From NCBI GenBank assembly GCA_022508505.1, contig JAFLVC010000010.1, positions 6,055 to 70,054 of the forward strand: a stretch of 64,000 bases of DNA. Reading direction: 5' to 3'. Origin of the DNA: Clostridiales bacterium. GTDB lineage: Bacteria > Bacillota > Clostridia > Christensenellales > Pumilibacteraceae. Numbering within the stretch: the first letter of the stretch is position 1; each line of letters starts with the position of its first letter. The position numbers and the translations under genes are program-made. This document shows, in pieces, positions 28,767 through 38,545 of the stretch. The notes beneath the pieces are model-generated. The model was not told the origin of the DNA, did not search any database, and was given only the letters and a program-made list of their open reading frames with translations.

Positions 28767-29152
28767 TGGATATTTTTCGCATTGCGGCGATAGCGCTTGT
28801 GACGGCGTTCTGCTCGCTGCTGCTTCGTGACATAAAGAGCGATCTCGCAATGCTCGTCGCGTTTGCGGGCGGAATAATTGTTCTTTTGTCCGTCGTCGAC
28901 TATTTTTCGGGCATATTCTCGGTTATATCCGACGTTGCGAAAAAAGCCGGAATAGCGACATCGGTTGTGACGCTGCTGTTCAAGGTGATTGCGATAGGGT
29001 ACATAGCGGAGTTTTCGGCGTCGCTAATCGAGGACGCGGGGCTGTCGTCGCTCGCCGACAAGGTGACGCTTGCGGGCAAGCTCATGATAGTTTCGGTATC
29101 TTTGCCCGTCGTCGTAGAGCTGTTTGAATTCATTGCGGGAATGCTGTCTTGA
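28766..29152 (+). CDS. spoIIIAD: Stage III sporulation protein AD
   Basis: LFKVIAIGYIAEFSASLIEDAG..SLADKVTLAGKL. Confidence 0.95.
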   Translation: MDIFRIAAIALVTAFCSLLLRDIKSDLAMLVAFAGGIIVLLSVVDYFSGIFSVISDVAKKAGIATSVVTLLFKVIAIGYIAEFSASLIEDAGLSSLADKVTLAGKLMIVSVSLPVVVELFEFIAGMLS

Positions 29153-30372
29153 AAAGATTGATTTTCTTATCGGCGTTGGCCTTGATCATAGCGGTTTTCA
29201 CACTTCCCGCAAGCGGAAAAAAGCCGCCGCAAACACAGCAAACGGCGGTTGCGGTTTGCCCTTCCAAAAACGCAGAAAAGAAGGGAAGCGTGCCGGAGAG
29301 CGTAGACGACCTTTTGGACAAGCTCGATTTCGGCGATATCGACAGTTTGCTCGGCGCGCTTGATAGCGGCGGCCTCGAGATATTCGGGTTTTCGAGCATT
29401 GTGGAGCGAATAAGGGCTATAGCGACCGGCGAAGTAAAAAACGATTTCGGAAGCGTGATTACGTACGTGCTGGCGATACTCGGTGTAGACGTATTAAAAT
29501 TCCTGCCGATGTTTTTGTCCGTTCTTGCGATAATCCTCGCGTACAATATCATAAACTCGGTCAAAGGAAAGTTCGCATCCGAATCGGTGGAAAAGGTGGT
29601 GTACTTTGCAACGGGCGCGATAGCGCTTTGCGTGGTCGTCGGGTATTTTGCGAACGCGCTTGCAAGCGCAGTCAAGTTCGTCGCGTCGGTAAAAACGCAA
29701 ATAAACATGATTGCACCCATATTAATGACGCTTATGACGGCGTCGGGTGCGAGCGCGTCGGCGAGCGTATATACGCCGTCTATAGCTATTCTCGGAAGCG
29801 GCATGACGAACGCCGTCACGTATCTCGCGTTTCCTGCATTGCTCATGGCGCTCGTATTCGATATTATCGGCTCGATTTCCACGTCCGTCAAGCTCGACAA
29901 AACGGCGGAATTTTTCCGCTCGGCATGCAAGTGGTTTTTGGGCACGGCGTTTTTCCTGTTTATCGCGGTGATAGGCGTGTCGGGAATAACGGCGTCCGTC
30001 CGCGACGGCGTGTCCGTAAGGGCGGCGAAGTTTGCAATGTCCAAGTACGTTCCCGTTATCGGCGGGTACTTGTCGCAAGGATTCGATTTTATCATGGCGG
30101 GGAATGTGTTGATAAAAAACGCGCTCGGCAGCACCGCCGTCATACTGATATTGCTGACCGTAATACCCGTAGTCGCCGAACTCGCGGTTTTCACACTGAC
30201 TTTAAAGCTGACGGCGGCGATTGCGCAACCTCTCGGCGGCGATAAGTTTTCAAACGCTTTGACGTCTATGGCGAAGTCGTCGTCGACGGTTGCGGCGGTG
30301 GTGGTCGCCATGGCGTTTTTGTACATACTCTTTCTTTCTATGATAATCTGCACGGGGAACGTCGGCTTATGA
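29149..30372 (+). CDS. spoIIIAE: Stage III sporulation protein AE
   Basis: Multi-TM; PILMTLMTASG, AKFAMSKYVPVIGG, VLIKNALG, KLTAAIAQPLG. Confidence 0.93.
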   Translation: MKRLIFLSALALIIAVFTLPASGKKPPQTQQTAVAVCPSKNAEKKGSVPESVDDLLDKLDFGDIDSLLGALDSGGLEIFGFSSIVERIRAIATGEVKNDFGSVITYVLAILGVDVLKFLPMFLSVLAIILAYNIINSVKGKFASESVEKVVYFATGAIALCVVVGYFANALASAVKFVASVKTQINMIAPILMTLMTASGASASASVYTPSIAILGSGMTNAVTYLAFPALLMALVFDIIGSISTSVKLDKTAEFFRSACKWFLGTAFFLFIAVIGVSGITASVRDGVSVRAAKFAMSKYVPVIGGYLSQGFDFIMAGNVLIKNALGSTAVILILLTVIPVVAELAVFTLTLKLTAAIAQPLGGDKFSNALTSMAKSSSTVAAVVVAMAFLYILFLSMIICTGNVGL

Positions 30373-30839
30373 GCAGTTTTTCGGCATGGGGACTTACTAT
30401 ACTCGGGCTTGCGATCGTCACGACTGTTGCGGAAATGCTGCTCCCGCACGGGAAAATGCGAAAGGTCATCTCGTCCGTATTTGCGACGATAACGGTTTTC
30501 GTAATAATTACGCCCATACCGAATCTTTTAAAAAACGGCGTCGACTTCGATTTTGCCGCCGATACGGTGCAGACAGATGACGGCTATCTCGACTATATAG
30601 AAAGCGTTAGAGCGCAGATGTTTGCCGACTCGTGCACGGAATACCTTAAAAGCAACGGCTACTCGGACGGGTTTACTATAAGCGTCGAGAGCAAGGGCTA
30701 CACCGTCAAAAAAGTGCGCGTCGATTTTGTCCATTCAGGCATGACCGAAAACGGCGAGCATATAAATAAGAGTGAACTGATAGGGCTGATTGCGGACTAC
30801 TTCGGCATCGGCAAGGAGGCGGTCATGAGTTATGGGTAA
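30369..30839 (+). CDS. spoIIIAF: Stage III sporulation protein AF
   Basis: EMLLPHGKMRKVISSV..IIITPI; operon position. Confidence 0.88.
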   Translation: MSSFSAWGLTILGLAIVTTVAEMLLPHGKMRKVISSVFATITVFVIITPIPNLLKNGVDFDFAADTVQTDDGYLDYIESVRAQMFADSCTEYLKSNGYSDGFTISVESKGYTVKKVRVDFVHSGMTENGEHINKSELIGLIADYFGIGKEAVMSYG

Positions 30840-31263
30840 GATATCGGACTTTTTCGCAAGACTGAAAAAAGTAAAGCACATTGAGCTGATCGTCGGCGCG
30901 ACGGTAATAGTAATAGTGCTTGCCGTGTATTTCTCGCTCGCTTCCTGCTCGTCCGACGGCGGCACGAAAAACGCGACCGCAAACGCGGACGTAGACAACC
31001 TCGACTATTGCACGGCGATGCGCGTGCGGCTCGAAAAAATCGTGTCGGAAATAGACGGAGTGGGCGACGCGTCGGTCATAATCAATTGGGACAGAAGCGT
31101 GTCGACTTCGCTGTCCGGCGGCACCGAAAATCCAAAGGCGACGGGCGTTATAGTCGTATGCAAAGGCGGAAACAGCACAAAAGTCAAGCTCGACGTGATC
31201 TATGCGGTTTCGACGCTTTTGGATCTGTCGATAGAAAAAATAATGGTATATCCAAAATCATAA
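30832..31263 (+). CDS. spoIIIAG: Stage III sporulation protein AG, unusually short (143 aa)
   Basis: RLEKIVSEIDGVGDASVII, PKATGVIVVCKGG, AVSTLLDLSIEKIMVY. Confidence 0.88.
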   Translation: MGKISDFFARLKKVKHIELIVGATVIVIVLAVYFSLASCSSDGGTKNATANADVDNLDYCTAMRVRLEKIVSEIDGVGDASVIINWDRSVSTSLSGGTENPKATGVIVVCKGGNSTKVKLDVIYAVSTLLDLSIEKIMVYPKS

Positions 31264-31278
31264 TTCGGAGGCAATAAT

Positions 31279-31761
31279 ATGAGTAAGAAAAAGAAGATTA
31301 TAGTGCTTGCGAGCATGGTGGCACTTCTCGTTTTGACAGGGTGTCTAAACTATTTCCTTAACCGCCCGGACAGCGCGCAGAGCGCAAGCGCCGGCAATTC
31401 CTACACCTATGCGGACTATTTTGCGTCGCAGCGCGCCGACAGGTCAAGCTCCCGCTCGGAGACCGTAATGTACTACAATGCGATTATCAACAGCGAAGCG
31501 ACGTCTGAGACGGCCAAGGCCGACGCGGAAAGAGAGCTCGCGGCGCTCGTCGGCAACATGGAAACGGAGCAGCGTCTCGAGTCGCTCATCAAGTCCTTGG
31601 GCTATGACGACTGCCTCGTCACCGTCGGTAGCGAAAACATCAACGTAATCTTGAAGTCGGGCACCATGACAGAGAAAGAGGTGGGACAGGTGGTCGAAAT
31701 AATTCAGTCCGAAACGGGCAAGGAAGCGGCGTATATAAGAATTAAACCGATAAATATTTAA
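31279..31761 (+). CDS. spoIIIAH: Stage III sporulation protein AH
   Basis: LLVLTGCLNY, YFASQRADRSSSRSE, METEQRLESLIKSLGYDDCLV. Confidence 0.9.
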   Translation: MSKKKKIIVLASMVALLVLTGCLNYFLNRPDSAQSASAGNSYTYADYFASQRADRSSSRSETVMYYNAIINSEATSETAKADAERELAALVGNMETEQRLESLIKSLGYDDCLVTVGSENINVILKSGTMTEKEVGQVVEIIQSETGKEAAYIRIKPINI

Positions 31762-31785
31762 AGCGAAGTACATTGTTTCGCGAAG

Positions 31786-31821
31786 ATGTCGGCGGGATTT
31801 ACAGTTCCGCCGATTTTCTTT
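31786..31821 (+). terminator. Intrinsic terminator after spoIIIAH
   Basis: TCGGCGGGA...TTCCGCCGA stem then TTTTCTTT. Confidence 0.7.
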
Positions 31822-31875
31822 GCGGTTTTTCGTTTGCCGAATAAAAAACGGCGGTAAATATACGACATTAAAGGG

Positions 31876-31904
31876 TTGTAATTTTCTTTGTAATGTGGTA
31901 TAAT
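31876..31904 (+). promoter_or_regulatory. sigmaA promoter of the asp23-nusB-folD operon
   Basis: TTGTAA-N17-TATAAT with extended TG; preceded by a partial copy of the repeat family (31849-31866). Confidence 0.7.
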
Positions 31905-31922
31905 GGAAAAAAGGAGCGAGGT

Positions 31923-32234
31923 ATGAACGCGAAGCGCGACGAATTTTCATCAGGCGATGTGACGTATGGGCACCATGTTTTGCGTTCCATAATACGCCTT
32001 GCGGCGCAGGAGATAAGCGGCGTGGAGGCGGTTTGCGGCAGGGGTGTGCGCTGTTATATCGTGGGCGATAAGATAGACGCCGACGTGTACCTCGAGGTCA
32101 ACAGCGAGGTGCAGTGCTCTGATATTGCATTCAAGGTGCAGGACAACATCAAAAAGTCTGTGGAAACCATGACCGATTACAAGATGGGAATAATCAATAT
32201 CAACATCATTTCGGTCAAGTTTTCCAAGCACTGA
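31923..32234 (+). CDS. Asp23/Gls24 family protein (YqhY-like)
   Basis: IIRLAAQEISGV, DIAFKVQDNIKKSVETMT, ININI; AGGAG upstream; precedes nusB. Confidence 0.9.
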   Translation: MNAKRDEFSSGDVTYGHHVLRSIIRLAAQEISGVEAVCGRGVRCYIVGDKIDADVYLEVNSEVQCSDIAFKVQDNIKKSVETMTDYKMGIININIISVKFSKH

Positions 32235-32293
32235 ACACGGCTATTCGGTAGCGCTTTTTCTAACCTCATTTCCTCGGAGGAAAAACTTTTATC

Positions 32294-32686
32294 ATGAAAC
32301 GTCGCGACGCACGCGAGCTCGCGTTCAAGCTAACATACGAAATGGTCATGACCGACGCGTTTAATCAAGAGACGAAGGACGCGTTGCTTGTCGGCGCGGA
32401 CGCCGATTCGCGCGCTTACGTCGAGTCTGTGGTCGCCGGAATAGAGCAGCACAAGGACGAGCTCAAGGCTTTAATTACCAAGTACGCGCGCGGCTATGAA
32501 TTTGACAGAATATACAAGACCGATCTTGCCGTTTTGTATCTCGCTTGCTACGAAATAACGTATACCGATACGCCCAAGGCGGTCGTCGCCAACGAAGCCG
32601 TCGAGATAGCGAAGGCGTATTCCGATACGCAGAGCTATTCGTTTGTCAACGGAATACTCGCTTCCGTCATCAAGGGAGAGGCATAG
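32294..32686 (+). CDS. nusB: Transcription antitermination factor NusB
   Basis: RRDARELAF, DRIYKTDLAVL, NEAVEIAKAY, FVNGILA. Confidence 0.96.
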   Translation: MKRRDARELAFKLTYEMVMTDAFNQETKDALLVGADADSRAYVESVVAGIEQHKDELKALITKYARGYEFDRIYKTDLAVLYLACYEITYTDTPKAVVANEAVEIAKAYSDTQSYSFVNGILASVIKGEA

Positions 32687-32687
32687 A

Positions 32688-33530
32688 ATGAGTAAAATCA
32701 TCGACGGCAAACAGGTCGCCGCAAACGTAAAAGAAACAGTTCGTCTCCGCGCCGTCGAGTTCGAAAAATCCCACGGCAGAAAGGTTGGGCTTGCCGTCGT
32801 AAAAGCGGGCGACGATCCCGCTTCGGCTATCTATGTAAGGAATAAAATCAAGGCTTGCGAGGCGTGCAATATTGCCTCGTTTTCCTATTATTTTGACAGC
32901 GGCGTCACGGAAGCGCAGTTATTAGAGCTAATTTCGGCGCTCAACGACGACAAAAACGTGGACGGTATACTCGTTCAGCTCCCGCTTCCCAAAGGCATTG
33001 ACGAGCGTAGGGTGCTTTCCGCGATAGCGCCCGAAAAGGACGCAGACGGATTTCACGCACTCAATGCGGGAAAGCTGTTTTTGGGCGAAGCGACGGGTTC
33101 GGTCGCATGCACGCCGCGCGGCATAATCGAACTTATAAAGTCTACCGGAGAGGACATTTGCGGCAAGCATGCGGTTGTCGTCGGACGGTCGAACATAGTG
33201 GGTAAGCCGGTTGCAATGCTTCTTCTTCAAAACAACGCGACGGTTACGATTTGTCACAGCAAGACGACAGGGCTTTCCGACATCACGCGGACTGCGGACA
33301 TTCTCGTCGCCGCTGTCGGAAAGAAAAAGTTTATCACTAGAGATATGGTAAAGAAAGGCGCTATCGTTATAGACGTCGGCATGAACCGCGACGACGAGGG
33401 GCTTTTCGGAGATGTCGATTTCGAGGGAGTCAAGGACGTAGCGGGTTACATTACGCCCGTTCCCGGCGGCGTCGGGCCGATGACGATTGCAATGCTACTC
33501 ATGAATACCGTTGACGGAGCGCGTGCATGA
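32688..33530 (+). CDS. folD: Methylene-THF dehydrogenase / cyclohydrolase
   Basis: IIDGK, YVRNK, GILVQLPLP, ACTPRG, VVGRSNIVGKP, ITPVPGGVGPMT. Confidence 0.97.
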   Translation: MSKIIDGKQVAANVKETVRLRAVEFEKSHGRKVGLAVVKAGDDPASAIYVRNKIKACEACNIASFSYYFDSGVTEAQLLELISALNDDKNVDGILVQLPLPKGIDERRVLSAIAPEKDADGFHALNAGKLFLGEATGSVACTPRGIIELIKSTGEDICGKHAVVVGRSNIVGKPVAMLLLQNNATVTICHSKTTGLSDITRTADILVAAVGKKKFITRDMVKKGAIVIDVGMNRDDEGLFGDVDFEGVKDVAGYITPVPGGVGPMTIAMLLMNTVDGARA

Positions 33531-34765
33531 CTCGCGAGATGACGGTAACGCAGCTTGCGACATACCTTTCCGGCGTATTCGAGGACGAGGAACTGTTGCA
33601 CGACGTAATGCTGTCGGGCGAGGTCGCCGAGGTGTCGTATTCCGACAAGCACACTTTCCTGACGCTTGCAGACGGGAACTATTCGGTGCGGTGCGCGCAC
33701 TTTTCGGCGCGGGACAATTTGGAAAAGGGCGCAAAGGTGGCGCTTCGCGGCAGTGTTTCATTTTACGATAGGCGCGCGTCGGTGACGTTTGTTTACAAAG
33801 AGTTCTACGTAAGCGGCGGCGGGCAAAAGAATGCGGAGTTTTTGAAGCTCAAAGAAAAGCTGCGTGCGGACGGACTGTTCGAAAACCGCAAACAGCTTCC
33901 CAAGTATGTACTGTCAGTCGCGGTGATTACGAGCCCCGACGGCGCGGCGATACGCGATTTCATACGCGTCACGAACGACTATTGTTCTTACGTCGACATA
34001 CGCGTCGTGCCTTCGCGTATGCAAGGCGACGGCGCGGCGGAAATGATAGTTAACGCCGTTAAAAAGCTTCAAGGTAGCCGCTTTGACGCGATAATCCTGT
34101 GCCGAGGCGGAGGAAGCGACGAGGACCTTGACTGTTTTAACAATGAGAATCTTGCCGTCACCGTGGCGCACTCCGACATTCCGATAGTGTCGGCAGTGGG
34201 GCACGAGATCGATTACACGCTCTGCGATTTTTGCGCCGGCACTCGTGCGGGGACGCCGTCAATTGCGGGTCAGATAATCGGCACGCGGGCGGCGGCGCTT
34301 TGGGACGATTTAACGGCGGCAAGCGTTGCGGCGTGGAACGCGCTCTATCAAAAGCACGAGTCGAGACGGCGTGCGCTCGACAGACTGGGACTTCGAATTG
34401 TGGGCTCGTTAGAGGCGCGTGCGGCAAAGCTATCGCGTGCGCCCGAAGCGCTTTCGCGGCGCGGAATGTATGCGCTCGAAAAAAAATGCGAATCCGACAG
34501 GCGGCGCGTGAATGATGCGGCAAACGCTCTCAAAGTAGCCGCCGAAAGGTTTATCACCAAAAAGCGGGTGCGCGCCGAAAAGCTGAGCGGTGTGCTTGCG
34601 GCGCTCGATCCCAACAAAGTGCGAAGCGGTTTTGCGGCTGTGTACAAGGACGGACGCGCAGTCGGAAGCTCGGCAGAGCTAAAACGCGGCGATCAAATTA
34701 AGCTCGTGTTTGCGGACGGTGAAGCTTTCGCAAGCGTCACGGAAGTTGATAACAAGAGGAGATAG
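33527..34765 (+). CDS. xseA: Exodeoxyribonuclease VII large subunit
   Basis: VITSPDGAAIRDF, MQGDGA, CRGGGSDEDLDCFN, SAVGHEIDYTLCDF..TPS. Confidence 0.95.
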   Translation: MTREMTVTQLATYLSGVFEDEELLHDVMLSGEVAEVSYSDKHTFLTLADGNYSVRCAHFSARDNLEKGAKVALRGSVSFYDRRASVTFVYKEFYVSGGGQKNAEFLKLKEKLRADGLFENRKQLPKYVLSVAVITSPDGAAIRDFIRVTNDYCSYVDIRVVPSRMQGDGAAEMIVNAVKKLQGSRFDAIILCRGGGSDEDLDCFNNENLAVTVAHSDIPIVSAVGHEIDYTLCDFCAGTRAGTPSIAGQIIGTRAAALWDDLTAASVAAWNALYQKHESRRRALDRLGLRIVGSLEARAAKLSRAPEALSRRGMYALEKKCESDRRRVNDAANALKVAAERFITKKRVRAEKLSGVLAALDPNKVRSGFAAVYKDGRAVGSSAELKRGDQIKLVFADGEAFASVTEVDNKRR

Positions 34766-34767
34766 CC

Positions 34768-34998
34768 ATGGAAGGCAGTAAAAAAATCGATTTCGAAAAA
34801 AGCATTGCCGAACTCAACGCGATAGTCGAAAAGCTTGAGTCCGACGTTTCGCTCGAAGAGGGAATGAGGCTGTTCGAGCAAGGCTTGAAGCTCACAAAGG
34901 ATTGTATAGACGAGCTGAATAGGACACAGGAAAATATATCGTCGCTTAAAAAACAGCTTGGCGAAGTGCTTTTGTATTCGCCCGGAGAAGAAAAATGA
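34768..34998 (+). CDS. xseB: Exodeoxyribonuclease VII small subunit
   Basis: FEKSIAELNAIVEKLES.VSLEEGMRLFEQG. Confidence 0.93.
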   Translation: MEGSKKIDFEKSIAELNAIVEKLESDVSLEEGMRLFEQGLKLTKDCIDELNRTQENISSLKKQLGEVLLYSPGEEK

Positions 34999-35921
34999 GC
35001 GTTAAGTTCGACGCACGCATGCGCGAGTGGCGCGAGCAGATAGACGCTAATCTCAAAAAGACGATTGAGCTTTCCGCATATCCCGCCGATTTTAGGGAGG
35101 TCCTCGATTATGCGGTTTTCCCGGGCGGCAAGCGCCTGCGTCCCATATTATTTTTGGAATGGCACAGCCTGTTCGCTCCGCCCGGACAAGCGGCGCTCGA
35201 CTTTGCGTGCGGCTTGGAGCTCATGCACTGTTTCTCGCTCATCCATGACGATATGCCGTGCATAGACAACGACGACATGAGGCGCGGAAAGCCGACTGTA
35301 CACAAAAAGTACGGCGAGGGCAAGGCGCTTCTCGCGGGCGACGCGCTCCTCGATATGGCGTACAACTGCATGATGAACGCTTGTTTCGCGGCGGGCAACG
35401 GCAATCCGTTCTATTTTTACAGGCTTTGCGGCGAAAACGGCATAATTCACGGCGAGTATCTCGACGTTTACGGTAAGTGTCGTAGCATCGAGGATTTGAT
35501 ATCGATGTACAAGAAAAAGACGGGCGCAATAATAGAATGCGCATGCGCTGTGGGATATCTCTTTGCGCAGAAGTTTGACGTTAAAAGCATTTTGCCCGTC
35601 ACTTGGCTCGAAAACGGCAAACCGTTGATTGAATACATCGAAGGCATGACGGATGATGAACGCACTAACGTAAAGCTTATCGGCGGGGCGCTTCGCTTCG
35701 GTGAGTCGTTCGGCATAGCGTTTCAGCTGTACGACGACCTGTCCGAATACGTAGCGGGAGAAAAGTCGGACGGCACGACCGTCATGGACTACATCGATCT
35801 CGACGAGGCAAAAAAACTTCTCAACCATTACTTGAACGGCGCGATATCCGTTCTCGACAGCGGATATAACGGCAATACCGAATATCTCCGCGAGCTTACC
35901 GAAAAATTTGTGATAGTGTAA
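34995..35921 (+). CDS. ispA: Polyprenyl diphosphate synthase (IspA-like), divergent C-terminal half
   Basis: GGKRLRP, ELMHCFSLIHDDMPCIDNDDMRRGKPT, ALLAGDALL, KKTGA, AFQLYDDLSE. Confidence 0.88.
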   Translation: MSVKFDARMREWREQIDANLKKTIELSAYPADFREVLDYAVFPGGKRLRPILFLEWHSLFAPPGQAALDFACGLELMHCFSLIHDDMPCIDNDDMRRGKPTVHKKYGEGKALLAGDALLDMAYNCMMNACFAAGNGNPFYFYRLCGENGIIHGEYLDVYGKCRSIEDLISMYKKKTGAIIECACAVGYLFAQKFDVKSILPVTWLENGKPLIEYIEGMTDDERTNVKLIGGALRFGESFGIAFQLYDDLSEYVAGEKSDGTTVMDYIDLDEAKKLLNHYLNGAISVLDSGYNGNTEYLRELTEKFVIV

Positions 35922-35923
35922 TT

Positions 35924-37738
35924 TTGGAAAATCATGACATCAGAACGCCGCAAGACTTGAAGCGGCTTAAAATCACCGAACTCGACTGCGTAGCGCGTGA
36001 CATTCGCGAGCGTATACTTTCCGTCGTGGGCGAAAACGGCGGGCATTTGTCGTCCAACCTCGGCGCGGTCGAGCTTACGGTTGCGCTGCATTACGTTTTC
36101 GATTGCCCGACGGACAAGATTGTTTTTGATGTAGGACACCAGTCGTATGCGCATAAAATACTTACAGGTCGCGCCGACAGATTCGCTCAGCTACGGAAAA
36201 ACGGCGGTATATCGGGGTTCCCGAAACCCTCCGAAAGCGAATACGATGCATTTTCCACAGGTCATGCGTCCACCTCTCTTTCTGTTGCGCTCGGCTTTGC
36301 TCAAGCGGCAAAGAGCCGCGGCGAAAGCTGTAATACGGTGGCTGTCATAGGCGACGGCGCGCTTACGGGCGGGCTCGCATACGAGGCGCTCAACGCGATA
36401 GGCAGCGAACAGCTCCCCGTCATTATCGTGTTAAACGACAACGAAATGTCTATAAGTAAAAACGTCGGTGCGATGAGTAAGTACTTGACGCGCCTTCGCG
36501 TCAGCAAAAAGTACGTGCGCATCAAAAGCGAGATAAAGTGCGCCGTATCCGTCATTCCGCTTTTCGGCGAGGGCGCAATTCGCCTCATGGAACGCGGCAA
36601 AAAGTTTTTGAAAAAGATTATACTTTCCAATAAGATGTTCGAGGAGATGGGCATAAGCTATTACGGTCCGTTCGACGGGCATAATATTCGCGAGCTCGTA
36701 CAGGTATTTTCGCAGTTAAAGGACAAGGACGGTCCGATAATCGTGCATGTGTTGACAGATAAGGGCCGAGGCGACGAGAGCGCTACGACCGATCCCGAGC
36801 ATTCGCACGGCGTGTCGGCGTCGACGGGCGGAAAGAGCAAAAAGTTTTCAGACGTGCTCGGTTCGTTCTTGATGAGCGCGGCGGAAAGCGACAGCCGCGT
36901 TATCGGAGTAACTGCGGCTATGGCTATCGGAACGGGGTTGGAGGAATTTTCCAAGAAGTACCCGGATAGGTTTAAGGACGTCGGCATTGCGGAAGAACAC
37001 GCTGTTACATACAGCGCGGCGCTTGCCGCTGGTGGAATGAAACCGTACTTTGCGGTGTATTCTACATTTTTGCAGCGCGGTTTCGATCAAGTTCTTCACG
37101 ACGTGTGCATAGGGAATTACCCTGTCACATTGTGCGTGGACCGCGCAGGCGCTGTCGGCTCGGACGGGGTGACGCATCAAGGCGTATTCGATTTGAGCTA
37201 TCTGTCGCTCATGCCAAACATGACGATAATGTGTCCCACAGACGGACGCGAACTTAACGATATGCTACAGTTTTCGCTCGGCTACAGTGCGCCGATTGCG
37301 ATACGGTACCCTAAGTCGTACAAGGCAGAGCGCGAGCACGAGCCCGTTGAGTACGGAAAGTGGGAAGTTATAAAGCAGGGCAAAAGCAAATCGGTTGCGC
37401 TTTGCGTAGGACCGCGCGCGCTCGACGCCGCGCTTTCCGCCGCAGAAAAAACAGATATAACCGTAGTAAACTGCAGATTTGTAAAGCCGCTCGATAACGA
37501 GTTGTTGGACAGCGTAAACAAGCGTGGATATAAAATAGTAACCATTGAGGACAACGTCAGGCGCGGCGGCTTCGGCGAGAGCGTACTGTCGTATCTAAAC
37601 GCAAAAAAGTTGAATGCCGCAATATCCATTCTCGCGCATGACGACAAGTTCATAGACGACCGAGACGTAGATTCGACGCTCAATGCGTCGGGGTTGACGA
37701 GCGAAAATTTGATTTTGACGCTGAAAAGCCTTGAATAA
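35924..37738 (+). CDS. dxs: 1-deoxy-D-xylulose-5-phosphate synthase
   Basis: GGHLSSNLG, FDVGHQSYAHK, GDGALTGG, LNDNEMSI, DVGIAEEHAV, DRAG.VGSDGVTHQG. Confidence 0.97.
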   Translation: MENHDIRTPQDLKRLKITELDCVARDIRERILSVVGENGGHLSSNLGAVELTVALHYVFDCPTDKIVFDVGHQSYAHKILTGRADRFAQLRKNGGISGFPKPSESEYDAFSTGHASTSLSVALGFAQAAKSRGESCNTVAVIGDGALTGGLAYEALNAIGSEQLPVIIVLNDNEMSISKNVGAMSKYLTRLRVSKKYVRIKSEIKCAVSVIPLFGEGAIRLMERGKKFLKKIILSNKMFEEMGISYYGPFDGHNIRELVQVFSQLKDKDGPIIVHVLTDKGRGDESATTDPEHSHGVSASTGGKSKKFSDVLGSFLMSAAESDSRVIGVTAAMAIGTGLEEFSKKYPDRFKDVGIAEEHAVTYSAALAAGGMKPYFAVYSTFLQRGFDQVLHDVCIGNYPVTLCVDRAGAVGSDGVTHQGVFDLSYLSLMPNMTIMCPTDGRELNDMLQFSLGYSAPIAIRYPKSYKAEREHEPVEYGKWEVIKQGKSKSVALCVGPRALDAALSAAEKTDITVVNCRFVKPLDNELLDSVNKRGYKIVTIEDNVRRGGFGESVLSYLNAKKLNAAISILAHDDKFIDDRDVDSTLNASGLTSENLILTLKSLE

Positions 37739-37759
37739 TTTTGTCGATTGAGGTATAAT
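37731..37759 (+). promoter_or_regulatory. sigmaA promoter overlapping the dxs end, 8 nt before the nadK ATG (probably leaderless)
   Basis: TTGAAT-N17-TATAAT; no SD before ATG 37768. Confidence 0.65.
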
Positions 37760-37767
37760 TTTCGTAT

Positions 37768-38544
37768 ATGAAGATAGGCGTGTACACAAATAAAGATAAA
37801 GATCCGCATGGCGAAACCCGTCGTGCGCTCGAGCTTGCCGCAAAAAAGCACGGCGCGTCCGTGTCCGACTACAAGGACGGCGAGTATTTTGACTTTATCG
37901 TGTCTATCGGCGGCGACGGAACTATACTTCGCATTGCAAAGGAAAGTGCTAAATCCGGCATTCCCATTCTCGGTGTAAACCGCGGAACGGTCGGGTTTTT
38001 GACTGAAATAGATCCCGACGGTCTGGACGAGGCGATAGGTAAGCTCAAGAGTCGCGAATACGTATTGGAGCGGCGCGCACTTCTTGACGTATCTTTACGC
38101 GGCGAGCATTATTACGCGCTCAACGACGCGGTGGTAATGCGCACAAACGGCGGAAGAGTAATCGCCATGGAAATATCAGTAAACGGCGAGCACGCGTTGT
38201 CAATCACTTGCGACGGTTACATAGCGAGCACGCCCACGGGCTCTACCGCATATTCGCTTTCCGCGGGCGGCGCTATAATCGCGCCGAGCGCCGCCGTAAT
38301 AGCGCTCACTCCGGTAAATCCTCACGCCCTTCACGCGCGCTCCATGGTAGTAAACTCGGGCGCCGACGTTTCTATGAAGTACTGCAATGGCGAAGGCGCT
38401 TCGCTGTTCATCGACGGAAACACCGTGCTTCGGCTCGACGAGGGCGAGGTAGTGTCGGTTACAGGCTGGGACATGAGCGCCATGTTCGTTAGGTTAAAAC
38501 AAAAGAGCTTTTATTCGCGACTTACGGACAAGCTGAATATTTGA
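37768..38544 (+). CDS. nadK: NAD kinase
   Basis: IGGDGTIL, GVNRGTVGFL, ALND, DGYIASTPTGSTAYSLSAGG. Confidence 0.96.
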   Translation: MKIGVYTNKDKDPHGETRRALELAAKKHGASVSDYKDGEYFDFIVSIGGDGTILRIAKESAKSGIPILGVNRGTVGFLTEIDPDGLDEAIGKLKSREYVLERRALLDVSLRGEHYYALNDAVVMRTNGGRVIAMEISVNGEHALSITCDGYIASTPTGSTAYSLSAGGAIIAPSAAVIALTPVNPHALHARSMVVNSGADVSMKYCNGEGASLFIDGNTVLRLDEGEVVSVTGWDMSAMFVRLKQKSFYSRLTDKLNI

Positions 38545-38545
38545 T

